Part shown: positions 37,141 through 49,904 of the stretch, piece after piece
Layout: every line of letters begins with the position of its first letter
Numbering within the stretch: the first letter of the stretch is position 1
Assembly (NCBI GenBank): GCA_024137785.1
Contig: JAHRHZ010000110.1
Coordinates: 124,001-188,000 of the forward strand
Direction: 5' to 3'
Length of the DNA stretch: 64,000 nucleotides
Origin: Ginglymostoma cirratum
Lineage: Eukaryota
Notes under the pieces: model-generated
Seen by the model: the letters and a program-made list of their open reading frames with translations, nothing else
Database searches by the model: none
What the model was told of the DNA's origin: nothing
Translations under genes and position numbers: made by a program

Positions 37141-37942
37141 TGACTGTGGCTATGCATCTTATTCAATACGTCAAGCTTATCCGTTCCAATTATTTGTTTT
37201 TTTTTCAATTTACCCACTCTCTGATTCTCTGCCTACTTCTGTGCCGAATTTAACTCAATATCCCTCTGTCTGTCGAGTTATCAGATTAATTAGCTGCTTG
37301 GTGTAAACACAGACTGATGATGAATTTTATCTGGAAAGCTTTATCTGGAAAGTAAGGAGTGGGAATGTCAGACAGAAAGTCATAAGATTACAGATGGCAG
37401 GAAAAATGAAAGAGGGTGCTGATCTTCCTGTTTCTCAAAGTATGAGTTACAAGAGTGTTCCCAGTGCCCATTATTTTCTTCCACTCTTCCCACTCTTGTG
37501 AACGTTGTAAACCTTTGGAAAGGTGCATATTTTAACACATTCAAACTGTGAGGAAAGGGCTTTATTTTCTTTATTTCTTAATAATACTTGTAAACACGAC
37601 AGCTGTTCCACTTCGAACAATGAGCGAAATCATTCTCCAAAGTGAAAATCTAAGTTCCAGAAAAGTTGTCGAGCTCATAGTTTCTTTATCGAAGCATAAC
37701 CAAATACAACTTATCACAGATTCATTACATTTGTTCCTCGACCAAGTGTCACGATGTAGATTCAGCTTTGCATTGATGCTTGTTTGATAAATGGGCTTTC
37801 GGCATCTGATGGGAAGTTGATATTGTAACCGGGCATACCCGAATAGCTAAGAAAATGTACGGGATAGGGATCCTCGAAGCCTTTCCCTGCGCGTTCGCTG
37901 TTGTTTTGTTACAGGAGCAACATCGGAAAATGTCATATATGA

Positions 37943-38024
37943 GCAAATAGCTCATTGTGGTCTTCGGCGCTGGATTGAGGTTCCAGTCTCTGAGGAGGTG
38001 TGGGTTGTGTGGAAGCATGGTGGG
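37943..38024 (+). pseudogene. tRNA-Leu-derived pseudogene, anticodon GAG
   Basis: tggtcttcggcgctggattgaggttccagtctctgaggaggtgtgggtt. Confidence 0.75.
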
Positions 38025-38833
38025 GATGATCTGCGTTTAAGTGGAACGCAACGAAAGATGTTGGACAGCACAGATGCTGCATTGGGTCAGCGTCCAAAAT
38101 GTGTTCACTTGGTGTAGTGGCATGGAATGTCCCCAGCATGATATCGGCACAAGCAGGCTGCGCTGTTGCTTCATGTTACAGGCAACTTACGTTGTTCATC
38201 TTTTTCACTGAAAGCGAGTGGAGATTGTCATACCACTGCTGCTGTGAAATCAAATCCTGCATTAATTCTAATCACAGTTATTTGCTGTGGTGGTGAAAAG
38301 GAGGGTAATTGCGAGGTGAAATTTTGCTAAATTTCCCTCATCTCTCATCTCCTTCATTTCTGTTCTGGAGAAGAGAACTAATGAGACGCCTTCTCGATAC
38401 GCTGCAATCGTTGCCGTGCAGGCACACCCGCATTGTTGATAAGAAGGGAAACCCAGCCTCTTTGAGACTGTGATTGCGAATCGACACTTTTCATGGGTCA
38501 TTCTAATCCTGTTTTTTGATTCCTTATTCCAGCATATTCCAGAAAGTGGTGTTGGACTAAAATGCCAGTATAATCGGTAGCGCAGTTTGAAAGTGCCCCA
38601 CTACCACTTGTGCGAGTGGTTCGTGACACAAACAAGTCGTGGTGTGTCACAGACAGCACTCATGCTTTGGTGTGTCTGCCACTACGTTCGCCTTCTCATT
38701 TTTGCTTCGGTTGCGCTTTAAGACCTGTCTATTTTGGGCTTCGTTCGATTCGTGAGAAGTTAACAAGGTTATTTTTTGCAGCCAGTAAACCCCCCTGACC
38801 GCAGTCATCGGGGTTAAAGGCGAAGGACCCCTT

Positions 38834-38907
38834 CGTCTTTGGGTGGACTCAAACAATCAACATCTCAGATAATAACTGAACGCACTAACCGACGGCGCCA
38901 CAGAGAC
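38834..38907 (-). pseudogene. tRNA-Asn pseudogene
   Basis: cgtctttgggtggactcaaac...gaacgcactaaccgacggcgccacagagac. Confidence 0.85.
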
Positions 38908-38959
38908 AGGGGTCCAGTGGCAACTGCGAACAAACAATTAATTACGGGGTCAGCAACTG

Positions 38960-39425
38960 TCGCGATGTCAGGGTGGACAGCGCGAAAAGGGACACCTCGG
39001 TGCACGTCGTCCATGCCGGCCAGATATCCAAAACTAATTTAGCCTCGTTTGCTAGCATTTGGTCCTTATCCCTCTTAACCCTTCCGATTCACGCACGCAT
39101 CCAGATGCCTTGGAAATGTTGTTAATTTATCAGGTTCCACCATTTCGTCTGAGAGATCAATGCATACTTGCACCACCTGCAGCACGTCGAAAACGCACCT
39201 CAGGTCGCTTTTATATTTCTGCTGCTCACTTTACTTATACGCCGTCCAGTTTTGGATCGCCCACCATGTGATAAAGACCTTGACTACTCACCCTTTCCAT
39301 ATCCCTGATGATTTTGTAAACTTCTGCCAGGTCGTCCCTCAGCCTCCGACGCTCCAGGAAAAGCTGCCCCAGCCTATTCGGCCTCGCCTTAGAGTCCGAA
39401 ACGTGCAACCCTGGCAACATCCACG
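38960..39425 (-). mobile_element. CR1 3' fragment (paralog 57320-57770)
   Basis: Minus ORF RPNRLGQLFLERRRLRDDLAEVYKIIRDMERV. Confidence 0.8.
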
Positions 39426-39586
39426 TGAATATTTTCTGGGCAGCTTTGCATGATGTCTTTTATTTTTCAGTAATGCCAATAATGCTGGACTACATCGATC
39501 TATTTGAAACAGAGAGGTGAAACGTGGAACGGCTGCGAATTTCAATGCTGTCGGAAGGCCAATGTGGAGACCATGGCTCGTGTCAT

Positions 39587-39659
39587 GTTTCTGTAGTGTA
39601 GTGGTAATTACTTCGGTCTCACCAATGAAAGGTCTCCGATTCGCAGCCGGGCAGGCGCA
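39587..39659 (+). pseudogene. tRNA-Val(CAC) pseudogene
   Basis: gtttctgtagtgtagtggtaattacttcggtctcaccaatgaaaggtctccgattcgcagccgggc. Confidence 0.85.
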
Positions 39660-39898
39660 GGGTTGCTCCTCTTTTACAGCGATAGGTTTTTGGATGGACG
39701 TGGAGTGAGCTTTCTCGTTTGTTGTTCTCGTCAGCCAACCTTTCTTTGAATGAAGTGTCCATTATCTGCTTTTGTTGTGGAAAGGAGGATCATTATATTT
39801 CACTGCAGTACGAAGCTTTGTTAAATTTCTCTCCTTCCTGGTCATGAATGTGCAGAGATGGTCACCCATTTTAGGAGTGCATTTAGCGTGCCCTAATT

Positions 39899-39970
39899 CT
39901 TTCTGTTGCGGAGTCATATCACTTTTGCTTAACGTGCGAAAGCGTTCCAGCTCAAAGTCAAGTAATAGCT
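39899..39970 (+). pseudogene. tRNA-Val(AAC) remnant
   Basis: tttctgttgcggag...tatcacttttgcttaacgtgcgaaag...ccagctcaaa. Confidence 0.6.
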
Positions 39971-40287
39971 GGATTTACCGGTGTCGCAGTGCACCACGCA
40001 TTCCTCTCTCTCAAATGCATCTCAAAGTAGTCTCTGAATGTTCCAGTTCCGTCAGACTCTGACTTGTCTGGAAGTGCGTGAGTTGAAACCAGAAGCCCTC
40101 AGTCACTTTTTGGAGTAAACAAACATGTTTGCATTTCTTAGCAAAGGACACAATAGCGGCTGATTCAGTCAACAACAGGAGTGAGGGGATTTACAGACTC
40201 AGACGAACCTCATGACTCGTGCTCTTGCAGAATCACTCTCATTAACGTGTGCTCTCAAGTCAAAGACACGCTGGTATTGAAACCGAG

Positions 40288-41375
40288 GAAATGACAAGAA
40301 TGTATCCAATCTTTTTCTCTTTATATCAAAGGCGAGCAAGCAAATTTAAACAAGGAGGGATAGGTAAGCGAGCCACATGAAGCTCAAGTGAAACCACTTT
40401 TAACTTAATCAGCCAGCAGGATGTGAAGTGATGGTGACTCAAGCGCGAGAGCTTTTCACTTCTTGAACAAAAAGTAATTGCATATTTTAACGTCTCCTTG
40501 ACGTCTCTGATCGCCTTTTATGTTCAGAAATGTTTTCAGAAACTGTCTTTTGTCCATCTCGAAAGAAGAACCGTGATATTTCGTACTTTTTACTCAGTTG
40601 CTTTTCCTCGTTTCCTGAGCCCGTTTCCAAATCAGCTGGCTGCCACCTGAGATTTGTTCAAGTCCAGGACTGGAAAGCTGTGCAGGAAAATTTACGTTTA
40701 AGGAGAAAGGCATGGCAGATGGTAACTCAACTGCACCGAGGTTCGAACAACCTCGCAATGATTTGTCGTTCTAAAATTCTAACGCTTTCTTGAACCTTTT
40801 GACTCGCTCTCTCGTACAGAAAATAATGCTAAAGTGCGCTCTTGAGTTTTAGCCACGTTGGATTTGAAACTGCAGAAATGACAAGACAAGCTACTAAATA
40901 GGATTGTTTCCATTTTCTTTTCTTTCTTTCGCAATTCATCAAGCAAATCTAAACAAGGAGGAATAGGGAAGCGAGGCATGTTAGCTCCGGTGAAACACCT
41001 TCTCTCTTATTCAGTCTGCAGTAAGTGCCCTGAAGATGACCCAAGATAGAGAGCTTTTCACCTCTTGAGCACAAAACAATCACGTCGAGTTAGCAGCTTT
41101 TTAACACCTCTGATCGCATTTTACTTTCTGTTAATATGTGTAGAATCTGCCTTCTATCTATCTCTACGTAATCACGGTGGAATTTCGTCAAATTGAGAAT
41201 GTCATTTTTCTTCGTTTCCCACACAGGTTTCCAACTCTGCTGGCAGCCATTTGACATTTGCTCATGTCCAGGTCTGGAAAACTCTGCAGGAAAATCGACG
41301 GTTAAGGAGAAAGACCAGGAAAGTAGATACCTGCACTGAGTTTCGAACAGCCTCGCGATATGATCTGTTGTTCGT
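40288..41375 (+). repeat. Diverged tandem duplication, ~590-bp period, 2 units
   Basis: caagcaaat.taaacaaggagg.atagg.aagcgag at about 40338 and 40940; gtccagg.ctggaaa.ct.tgcaggaaaat at about 40661 and 41266. Confidence 0.85.
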
Positions 41376-42030
41376 GGATTCCAATGCTAACTGGCTTTTC
41401 AGATGGAAGACTTTCTTTGAGTCGCTTATTCTGCAAACCCAGCTTAATAACTGTAAATATGCTGCACGGTATCATCTCGTACTAGCCACTTCGGCTTGGT
41501 GTATTTTGCCTGTCGTCTGGTGCTTTTCATGTCACGTGTAAACGCGAATATCATTCCGTTTCGAGCAATGAGCGAAATCATTTACCAAAGCGAAAATCTA
41601 AATTCCAGAAATGTGGTGCAGTCATGTGTTCCTTAATCGAAGCACAACCGAATATACTTTCTCACAGGCACCTTACCGTTGATACTTAACCGACCCTCGC
41701 AAGATTCATTCAGTTTTGCATTGATGTTTGTTTTCATTGAAGGGCTATTGCTATCTGGTGCGAAACTGATATTGTAGCCGGGCATAGCCGAGCAGCTATG
41801 AAAATGGATAAGGCGGAGTCATTGATATCTGTCGAGGGCAGAGGTGGACCGAATACAGTCTCCGGGGAGCAGTCTGAACTTTTGTCAAGTCTGGAAAACA
41901 ATTCCTCTAGGAAAAGGTTACTTTTTCGCTAACACGCGGCTGTTCATTTCATCGGCTTCAATTCATCATCGAATTCGATTCAATAGATCTCATCCCTGAG
42001 TAATTTCTTCATTTGTGTTCAACTCAAGCA

Positions 42031-42093
42031 AGCAGTGTGTCGCAGTGGGAGTGACCCACAGGTCATACATTCTCTGGAAATCATACCCTGCTG
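42031..42093 (+). pseudogene. initiator tRNA-Met remnant
   Basis: agcagtgtgtcgcagtgggagtg...acccacaggtc...gaaatcataccctgct. Confidence 0.6.
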
Positions 42094-42189
42094 CATATCA
42101 TTTCACGAAGATGAGGGAGAAATACTTGCTCCTCAGCACAATTTACTTAACTGAGAAAAATACGAAGTCTTGATATATGCTACATACGT

Positions 42190-42270
42190 GACGCGGTGGC
42201 CGAGGTGTTAAAGTGATAGTCTGCTAATCCATTGTGCTTATACGCGTGGGTTTGAATCGCCCTCTCGTTG
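42190..42270 (+). pseudogene. tRNA-Ser(GCT) pseudogene
   Basis: gacgcggtggccgaggtgttaaagtgatagtctgctaatccattgtgcttatacgcgtgggtttgaatc. Confidence 0.88.
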
Positions 42271-43839
42271 TTCGTTCGCTGTTGACAGCCTACGTTTTTG
42301 CTCGTTAGTTTTAGATGAGAAGGGAAGCTGGAATCCGATTCTTGCCAGTTTATCTTGTCAGAGATTTCTGACGAGTGGACTTTACGGTAAAGTCAAAATC
42401 AAGAATTGGAACTTGTAGTCTGAACTCTATTGAAATGTAGGTTGAGTTGGGATGTTGAGTTGGGATAATGAGAAGGAACACGATTTTCCCTTCCATTATG
42501 TCTTCCAAATTGTCTTCCAATGAACATACATCGAATGAAAGAGAAACTTCGCCATTTCACGCAAATTTTCAGAGAAGAGTTCGACCAGAAACGTCTGCTC
42601 ATCCGACAAACCCGCATAATCGATAGGGAAATCCAAAGTAGCATTCAAGTTATTCAGTTGATTTGTCACCTTCAATATATTGAGAGATACACAACTGTCA
42701 AATTCTCAACGTGAGTTGTAAGGATGGGGTCGGAAAAATCATCGAAGTTTTAGATCCGCCACGATGTTAAGAAACGACGAGTCAGCGGAGTCGAGTTGAA
42801 TTGCCTCTTCTTGTTCGTTTTGTTTCCCATCTTTCCGTGTTGTTTCAGGCAGAGAATTGTCAACAATAACATGCAGCATAGATCAGTACAACATAGGTCA
42901 GTGCAGACCGCTATTCTGAACTGAACTGGTCCCATTCGCCTGCCCGTCATTGCGTATTTCTCCATTTCCTACCTGTTTACGTGTCTGTCTAAATGCCTCT
43001 TAAACGTTGCTAACATGATGATGACAATAGTGAATCGACAACACTGAATATCAAGTTTCTCACATTTAACCCACCCTCTCACAAATGGAATGGACAGTTT
43101 CTGTTGCAGCTTTAGGTAAGACAGTGGAGGATGAACACAGGCGCTCTGTCAGACTGCATGGTCCTTCACATTGGTTTCCGACCAGGCACATGGAGCAAGT
43201 TGCCGGGTGGATGTTGGGGATTCAGGGGTAGATTTCTCATTGTCATGTTGGAGTTCTGGTTGTGGTGGTAAGCATGATGTTCTGGCATTCTAAATCCAGT
43301 TCTGGTCTCTTCCTAGTTTACAATTTGAAATGTGAAATTCAATTTAACTTTGTGTTACATTCTTATGTATTCACTGGTCATGAAAATCTTGGAAGGTGTC
43401 TTTAAATAAAGTAATGGGGAAGGTTAATGTCTTTGGGTGTAGTGTGCATCCTGTCATTTGTGTGAACTATCCAAGCCAAGTTGGTGAATTGTTGCTGAAT
43501 CGAATTCTATGACGAATTCCGTGGCATGAAAAGCCAATGACAGCGGTGGTGTAACACTGTCTGTGACAAATCGTTTTCTTGATTCGAAGAGAGTACACAA
43601 TGCTCTTTCCAGGAGTCAGTATTGGCACCAACCTCTCCCCTGAACAGATATTAATGAACCACAAAGTGCACAAAGTGTACAGTTTGAAAAATTCTAAATG
43701 ATACAAAACTCGCAAATGAACTAAAGAACGCAGAAAGCCTCACGAACCGTTTTCTCCCAATAAAATGTATCTTGCTGGACATTCCTTGGTGTTCTTTTCC
43801 TGAGACTTGTGAGACGGAGACGATGCAACATGTGAGCAG

Positions 43840-44325
43840 GTGTAAATGGATGTTGTGGCTGCTTGGCTTGCAGAGCTGTTTCATTGTTCCGCGGACGTTT
43901 CATTTCCCTGCTGGGTAACATCATCAGTGCAGCCTCCAATGAAGCGCTGTTGTGTTTCCCCGCCTGGTATTTGAACTCTGGAGTCCGTCGGACTGGATTA
44001 CCTCACTTCCAGTTTTCCTTCCCAGAGGACTTCCCAGAGGTCGAGCTCTGTGTGTTTATTGATGGCTTTCGTAGTGGAGAACAAGTCTTCTAGGAATTGC
44101 CTTGCTTGTCTCTGCTTCGCTTGTCCCAGGATCCTGGTATTGACCCAGTGAAATTGGTGGTTCTCCTGATCTATGTGAATAGAAATGAGTGAGTATTGGT
44201 CGTGTCTTTTTGTTGCCAGTTGACGTTCGTGTACCCTTGTGGTTAATTTCCTTCCTGTTTTTCCGAAGTAGTGTTCGTCACAGCCTCTGCAGGGAATCTT
44301 GTAAATAACATTGGTCCCATACATT
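43840..44325 (-). mobile_element. Penelope-like GIY-YIG endonuclease 3' fragment with terminal hammerhead
   Basis: ORF TNVIYKIPCRGCDEHYFGKTGRKLTTRVHE...AINKHTELD; core ctgatgatgttacccagcagggaaatgaaacgtc at 43890-43932 (-). Confidence 0.9.
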
Positions 44326-44327
44326 TA

Positions 44328-44530
44328 TCCCACGAACGGCACCAGGAAGATACTACGTGCCCAGCACATTCATCACGCTACCTTACATCAGGAACACATC
44401 TTAACTGACCACAAGACTCCTACGACAACCTTGGCATACGGTAGCATACAAAGCCACATCAACCCTTCGCCAACTGCTCACCCGAACCAAAGACCCACTA
44501 CCACTATAGACAGTACCAATGACATATACA
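44328..44530 (+). mobile_element. Penelope-like linker fragment in opposite orientation
   Basis: catcacgctaccttacatcaggaacacatc...cgccaactgctcacccgaaccaaagaccc, same region as 30230-30390. Confidence 0.85.
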
Positions 44531-44573
44531 GTCAAGGTATAGCCAGAAATATGGAGTCACAGAAATTTGTGAC

Positions 44574-44669
44574 GCTCCAGTGGCGCAATCGGTCAGTGCG
44601 CGGTACTTATCTGATTGAATGGAAGCGTGTGCAATGCTGACGTTGTGAGTTGGAGCTTCTCTTGGAGCA
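44574..44669 (+). tRNA. Intron-containing tRNA-Ile(TAT), damaged B-box (probable pseudogene)
   Basis: gctccagtggcgcaatcggtcagtgcgcggtacttatc[22-nt intron]atgctgacgttgtgagttggagcttctcttggagca followed by gtttt. Confidence 0.88.
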
Positions 44670-45196
44670 GTTTTGATGTGTCGTGGCTCAAAAGGGCAAT
44701 GAGGAGAAGCAATTCTGAGCAAATCTATAGGAAAATACCAGATTCTGTGACTTGGGAAATTACTCAAGGATCGAGAAACATTCTGCAAATATTCAAAATT
44801 GAAGAAACATCAGCGGAGAAAGAAAATACCGCGATTTTTTTTTTTCAGTTGGAAGACGTTTCTCACTTGGCTGGCTGCATTGAGTTAACCTGCGGGAAAA
44901 AGCTGTTTATTCATTCCAATTTATTCAATTTGCTGCAAATTCGCGCAGCTCATTGAAATAATTAAGAACGAATTAGAATTATCTCATTCAACCGTGCAAA
45001 TGTTGCATTCAACTTTGGTCAGAATATTTATCAGTAACAGTTCCATTCCGTCTTCTCCGAATGTGGGATTTTCACTGAAAAGATCCTTTGGGATCTCAGA
45101 TAGTCTTTGATTTCATATTGAACCACGTTCACACACTCACAAAGATTTTCGCGAAAATACGTCAAACAGAATAGAGGACGCAGCTACAGATAACAA

Positions 45197-45271
45197 GGGC
45201 TCAAGCAGGATTGGAACGTTGGACCTCTCACAGCCTCCTCAGCGACCCTCACACCTCTACACCAACGAATA
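45197..45271 (-). pseudogene. tRNA-Pro(AGG) pseudogene with 3 extra nt after position 37
   Basis: Revcomp ttcgttggtgtagaggtgtgagggtcgctgagga[ggc]tgtgagaggtcc...tgagccc. Confidence 0.75.
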
Positions 45272-46049
45272 GTTTCATCGAGCATCAGCCTTCTGTTATA
45301 ATCGGGTTGACCCTCAAACAGTGATCTTTGAATTGTGGAGACAGTTTTCAATTTTTGTATGATCCTGAGGTGTGTAATAACACCTTTCAACAGGCTGCTT
45401 ACATTTAAAAAAGCTCAGTTCGGGCAGTGAAAGCAGCAATGAACAGATTTTTCCCATTCTGCCTCTGGTCCCGGGCTGCTGCGTCTTGCTCCTTTCGCCG
45501 AACACCGGGGTGTCTTCAATGGCAGATGGATCAAACCATATCCCTCCACGGGCACGCAGTGCTTGGGAATGGTATGCGTTTTGCAGCTTCTTCTTGAACA
45601 CTGGAAGGGTCAAGATGCAGAAGAGGTAGAATCAGACGTCAGGAAATTATAAACGACGATTGGGAACTTTCATGAAATGACATTAATCGGAGACAGAGAG
45701 AAGGATTCAGAGCTGCTGGAAAAGAGAGGAGTCAAAACTGGAGACCATTACCTTTAGAAACGTTATACGGGATGTTTCTGCGCAACCTGTGTGGATTTCA
45801 GGATTTCACTTCATGCAGCAATCTTGCAGAAAGTCTTTTGCAAAGCGGATTTCGGCTGCTTTGTTTTGACAGTGTAGGGATTAATATCTGACACCAACAG
45901 TACAGATTAAGAGAATCCAAGTGAAACAATCAGTCACTGTGAGTCATCCCCAACGTCCCTGAGCTGCGGAGCTGCAGACAGTTCAAATCGGAAGGGAGGG
46001 TTAAAAATGAGCCATTGTTTCTCACTCGCCTGCTCTGTCACAGAGACAA

Positions 46050-46175
46050 TGAACAAAATCAGAAGTCAGATGACACCAGGTTATAGTCCAACAGGTTTAT
46101 GTGAACTCATATGCTTTCACAGCGCTTCTCCTCCATCAGGTGAAGTGCCACTTTTCACCGGCATATCCACATCAC
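46050..46175 (-). mobile_element. Short Penelope-derived repeat
   Basis: cagaagtcagatgacaccaggttatagtccaacaggttta...ccatcaggtg. Confidence 0.75.
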
Positions 46176-47319
46176 AGAGACAGGTATAGTGATGTCATAA
46201 ACCAATGGCGTCATTGCTGTGCAGGATGAAGCCGTTTAGCCCATCGAGTCCACAGCGATTCTCTGTCACTTTTATCTCTCCGTGGTTATTCATAATCGGT
46301 AATATCCGTCCTAATCATGGTGAACTGTATCTGTGTCGTGATGCTGTCGCCGATCCTCTTGTCATTCACAACTTTTCATTTTCTGAAACAGCTACTTTCT
46401 GAAACAGCGCGGGGAATTACTGCAGGGCGTCCTTCGCTTGTAAAACACTACAACTGATTTTTTTTCAAATTCAACACTTTATTCCTGCGATCTCAGAGAA
46501 CAGTTTTAACAAATACGACCATCGCAGACCGACACAGAACAGGAGAAGGCCATTCAGAAACTCAGATGCGTGTCACCTCACTTGCGTAAACTTGGCCCAT
46601 GTATCAATGTGAGATTTTTTTTTCAGATACACGAACTTACGGGAAGCTGATCAAAACTCATCAAAATGATGAGATCTGAATTCGATGAGATCGAGTTCAG
46701 TCTGAGATCCCTGAGAGTGCAGTGAATATATTGTGCACGGGGAAGAAGGAAGCAAGTTTCAAACAACCCTTACCCATAGTCAACAGACATCATCACTGGT
46801 GGTGAAAAGTCCTCTGTAAATGGACTCTCTTTATCTTTAATGTTCTAAAATCCCATTTACCAGTTTACTGATCCTCACCTGTGGAAACTGTTTCTCACTG
46901 TCTAGCGCCATGAAATCTCCATTTAACCTTCTTTGCTGTAAACAGAACAATCCCGGCCTTTTGACTATCTCCATAAATCTGAATTCCCTCAGCCCCGGGT
47001 ATGATGAAGCCTGAAGATTGCAACGAGATGTTGGGAACAAAATTCAGTTGGTAGGTGGAAACTTGGTAAGAAAACAAAACAGAAACCCAATCTCCAGCTT
47101 AACGAATCTTTCAAAATTTTCTCTGATCCATGTGGAAACAAATTGTATAATAATCCATCAATGGAGAGAACCCGGTGCCAGGAGAAGGGGCAAACAGCAC
47201 CCTCTCGGGAGCAGGGAGACAGATTGAGAAGAAAATATCCTTGAAATTCTTTGCTGCTTCGATTTCCCCGAACAAAGTGGAACGTAATTCACTCTGAAAG
47301 GGGTGCCACCTTATTGGAT

Positions 47320-47400
47320 GGCTCGTTGGTCTGGGGGAATGATTCTCGCTTCGGGTCTTATATGCTCGAGAGCCCCCGGGTTTAAAGCCCAGACGAGCCC
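47320..47400 (+). tRNA. tRNA-Pro(CGG) with 9-nt intron-like insertion at 37/38 (probable pseudogene)
   Basis: ggctcgttggtctgggggaatgattctcgcttcggg[tcttatatg]ctcgagagcccccgggtttaaagcccagacgagccc. Confidence 0.88.
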
Positions 47401-47689
47401 AGATTTCTCATCTTCACTTTCACTTAACTACCCGACCAGCTTTCGGAAAAATAAGGCCAGTCGAACATTATAGTGAACACAACGCAGAGAAACACTTGTT
47501 CAAAGTGATAAAGAGTGTTTCCGATGTTTGCTACGCAATCTGAATGATTCCAGAGATCGCAAGATCTGCAGGTGCTGTAGACAGAGACGCTACAGTGTGG
47601 AGCTGGAGAAACACAGCAGGTCAGGCAGCACAGGAGGAGGAGAAGAGTCGACGGCTTGGGCCAAGATCAATCATCAGAATGAAGTCTCC

Positions 47690-48140
47690 GCTGCATTCTT
47701 GCTCAATTATGTATGTGTGAAAGTTCAGGAAACTGGGGCAGAAAGTGACTGGAGACAGTACTGAACAGGGTAGCTTGAATGGTGACGTGTGTTGAGAATG
47801 TTAGCAATAAAGATAGATTGGAAAGTTGAGATAGTTCTCCTTGCAGAAGGGAAAACTGGTCTGATTAAAGCTTTCCAAGTTGTGAGGGGTATGAGCAGAG
47901 GAAATAAGGGAGTGAAAATGCTCACACACCTGGAAAGATCGAGACCGATTAGGCAGGGATTTAAAGTCACGAGGAAAAGAAGTAAGAATTACATGACAAA
48001 GAATGTTTTTATGCAACGACTAAGTGTATCTGTAAATCCCTGTCTGACTGTGACAAGATTCATGCCACACAAAACGGAATTCGATGGTTCTGTTAAAAGC
48101 CACAATATGCAGAGTTACAGGGAGAAGGCAAGTAAACGAT
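47690..48140 (+). mobile_element. CR1 3' fragment
   Basis: Degenerate GLIKAFQVVRG...QGFKV...KNVFMQR, RT C-terminus. Confidence 0.7.
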
Positions 48141-48432
48141 ATTAAAACAGACACTCATGTACTTATTGCGGAGACCTGGCGCACCCAAAGCGAAGGCGAG
48201 CTACATGGCTTCTGTCTGTGTTTTGACAAATTTTGTGATTCTGAGTGGATTCACAGCTCGACCAACAGACCGTGGGAACTTAAGCAAAGGTAATATTTAC
48301 ACAAGTGTGACATTTCTAAGCAACAGAATATTACATAACATCAGTGAAGATCATTTGACATCATTCTTTAAGGTACATGCCACACACCGGATGAAAAGCT
48401 GAGTACATGTTGAACAAGGCAGACGCGAGGAC

Positions 48433-48504
48433 AACAGAGTAGTGCAGCGGGAGCGTGCTAGGCCAGTACTCCGGCGATCAAAATCTCGAAACCATTCTCT
48501 GCTA
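48433..48504 (+). pseudogene. initiator tRNA-Met pseudogene
   Basis: aacagagtagtgcagcgggagcgtgctaggcc...tcgaaaccattctctgcta then tttt. Confidence 0.82.
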
Positions 48505-48826
48505 TTTTCTAAAGGCATGTGGTGTTATGTCCTGCACTGTGTGTTTTGATCAGGTTTCCGCTTCCCATAGCTTCATGTGCCTGAAATAAAATCTCATATT
48601 GATACACTGGCCAAACTTACACAGGGGAGGTGACATGTTTGTGAAGGTCTTCTGCTGTTCTCTGTCGTCTGCTCTGAACTGAATTGTAAAACCTCTTATC
48701 TGAGATGGGAATAAACTGGGGAAGTTGAAACACATCAGGCGCAGTTTTTTTCCATTCCTGGCAGTAATTCCCCACGCCGTTTCAGATGTGAATGATCAGA
48801 GGATCAGCATGTCGGAGACAGCATGG

Positions 48827-49125
48827 CAAGGCACAATGGTTCAATGGTTAGCACTGCTGCCTCAGAACGCCACAGACCCCGCTTCTGTTCTGCCCTCGGG
48901 AAATCCTCAATGTGTGGTTTGCATATTTTCCCCGCTTCCTGCAGTTGCTCTGGTTTCCTCCCACAGTCCAGCGATGTTCAGGTTTCTGGATTGGCTGGGC
49001 TCAATTGCCCGTAGTGTTCGGCGATGTGTGGGTTCTGGGAGGAATGAGATTGGGTGGGATGCTTTGAGGTGCGTTGTGGACTTGTTGGGATGCAGGATCT
49101 GTTTCCACACTGGGTATTCTATGAG
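48827..49125 (+). mobile_element. HE1-type SINE
   Basis: ggcacaatggttcaatggttagcactgctgcctcagaacgcca...gctctggtttcctcccacagtcca...gtttccacactg. Confidence 0.85.
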
Positions 49126-49904
49126 CATTTCGGTGCAGACACCACTGTTCGGGAGATATATTATTGATACTTCGGAGAAATACAAGCGATTTAGAGTCGC
49201 CGTGACTCAATAGGCTGAATGGCCATTGGCTGATGACTTCACACTCCCTGCCTTTGAGACGGAGCGGGTGAGGGCGAAACAATAGCTTATTTCTAACCCT
49301 CCCTTCCGCCTCGTGCTGTTTGCAGCCCGGCAACTCAGGGCTGTTGGGGACGTATCTCAGTGAATGAGTGTTGCATTCAGATTCTGTTAATCTGGGACTG
49401 TTGGTGTCAGATATTAACTCCTGCTCTGGATGCAGCAAAGGAACAGACTCCCGCGTTGCCAAGGTGTTATTTGCAGGGCTGTTGTGTGCAGAAGAATTCT
49501 GAACACCAACACAGGCGGCACAGAAATATCCCATTTTAAGTTGCTGAAGGGACTAATCTCTAGTTTTGTGTTCTGTCTTTCTCAGCAGCTCTCCAAGCTT
49601 CTGTCTGTCTCTGATAAATGTCATTCGACGGAAGTTCCAAATTGTTATTTATTATTTGCTGCACAAGCCGCATTCCATCTCTCTGCCCCATCCCTCTTCC
49701 AGTGCTTGAGAGGGAGCTGTAGAGCATATCCCAACACTGCCTGTCCGAGGAGGGAAATGATTTAATGCATCTGCCAATGGAGAGAACCCTGCCCCAACGG
49801 AAGGGACAAATTGCACCGTCCCAGGAACAGGGAGACAGAGCAAGAAGATGCTCTTTGCTGCTTTAACTGCCTGAAGCAACGGGGAATAGTAATTTTGTCC
49901 AAGC

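Larger units (their letters stand above)
32645..39425 (+). repeat. Left arm of ~6.7-kb inverted segmental duplication (partner 57320-64000)
   Basis: Colinear reverse-complement matches through Arg, Glu, Val, Leu, Leu, Asn pseudogenes, spacers and shared TE fragments. Confidence 0.92.
45197..46660 (+). repeat. Left arm of ~1.5-kb inverted duplication (partner 48560-50123)
   Basis: cggaagggagggttaaaaatgagccattgtttc vs gaaacaatagcttatttctaaccctcccttccg; tggcccatgtatcaatgtgagatttt vs aaaatctcatattgatacactggcca. Confidence 0.85.

Noticed and set aside
42400-42714. Helical-looking peptides (plus ORF ...EEFDQKRLLIRQ..., minus frame ...LDFPIDY...ENLREMAKFLF...) suggestive of a TRIM coiled coil or a cytokine exon
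   Set aside because: No diagnostic motif, flanking stops and no partner exons; a BLASTX search would be needed.
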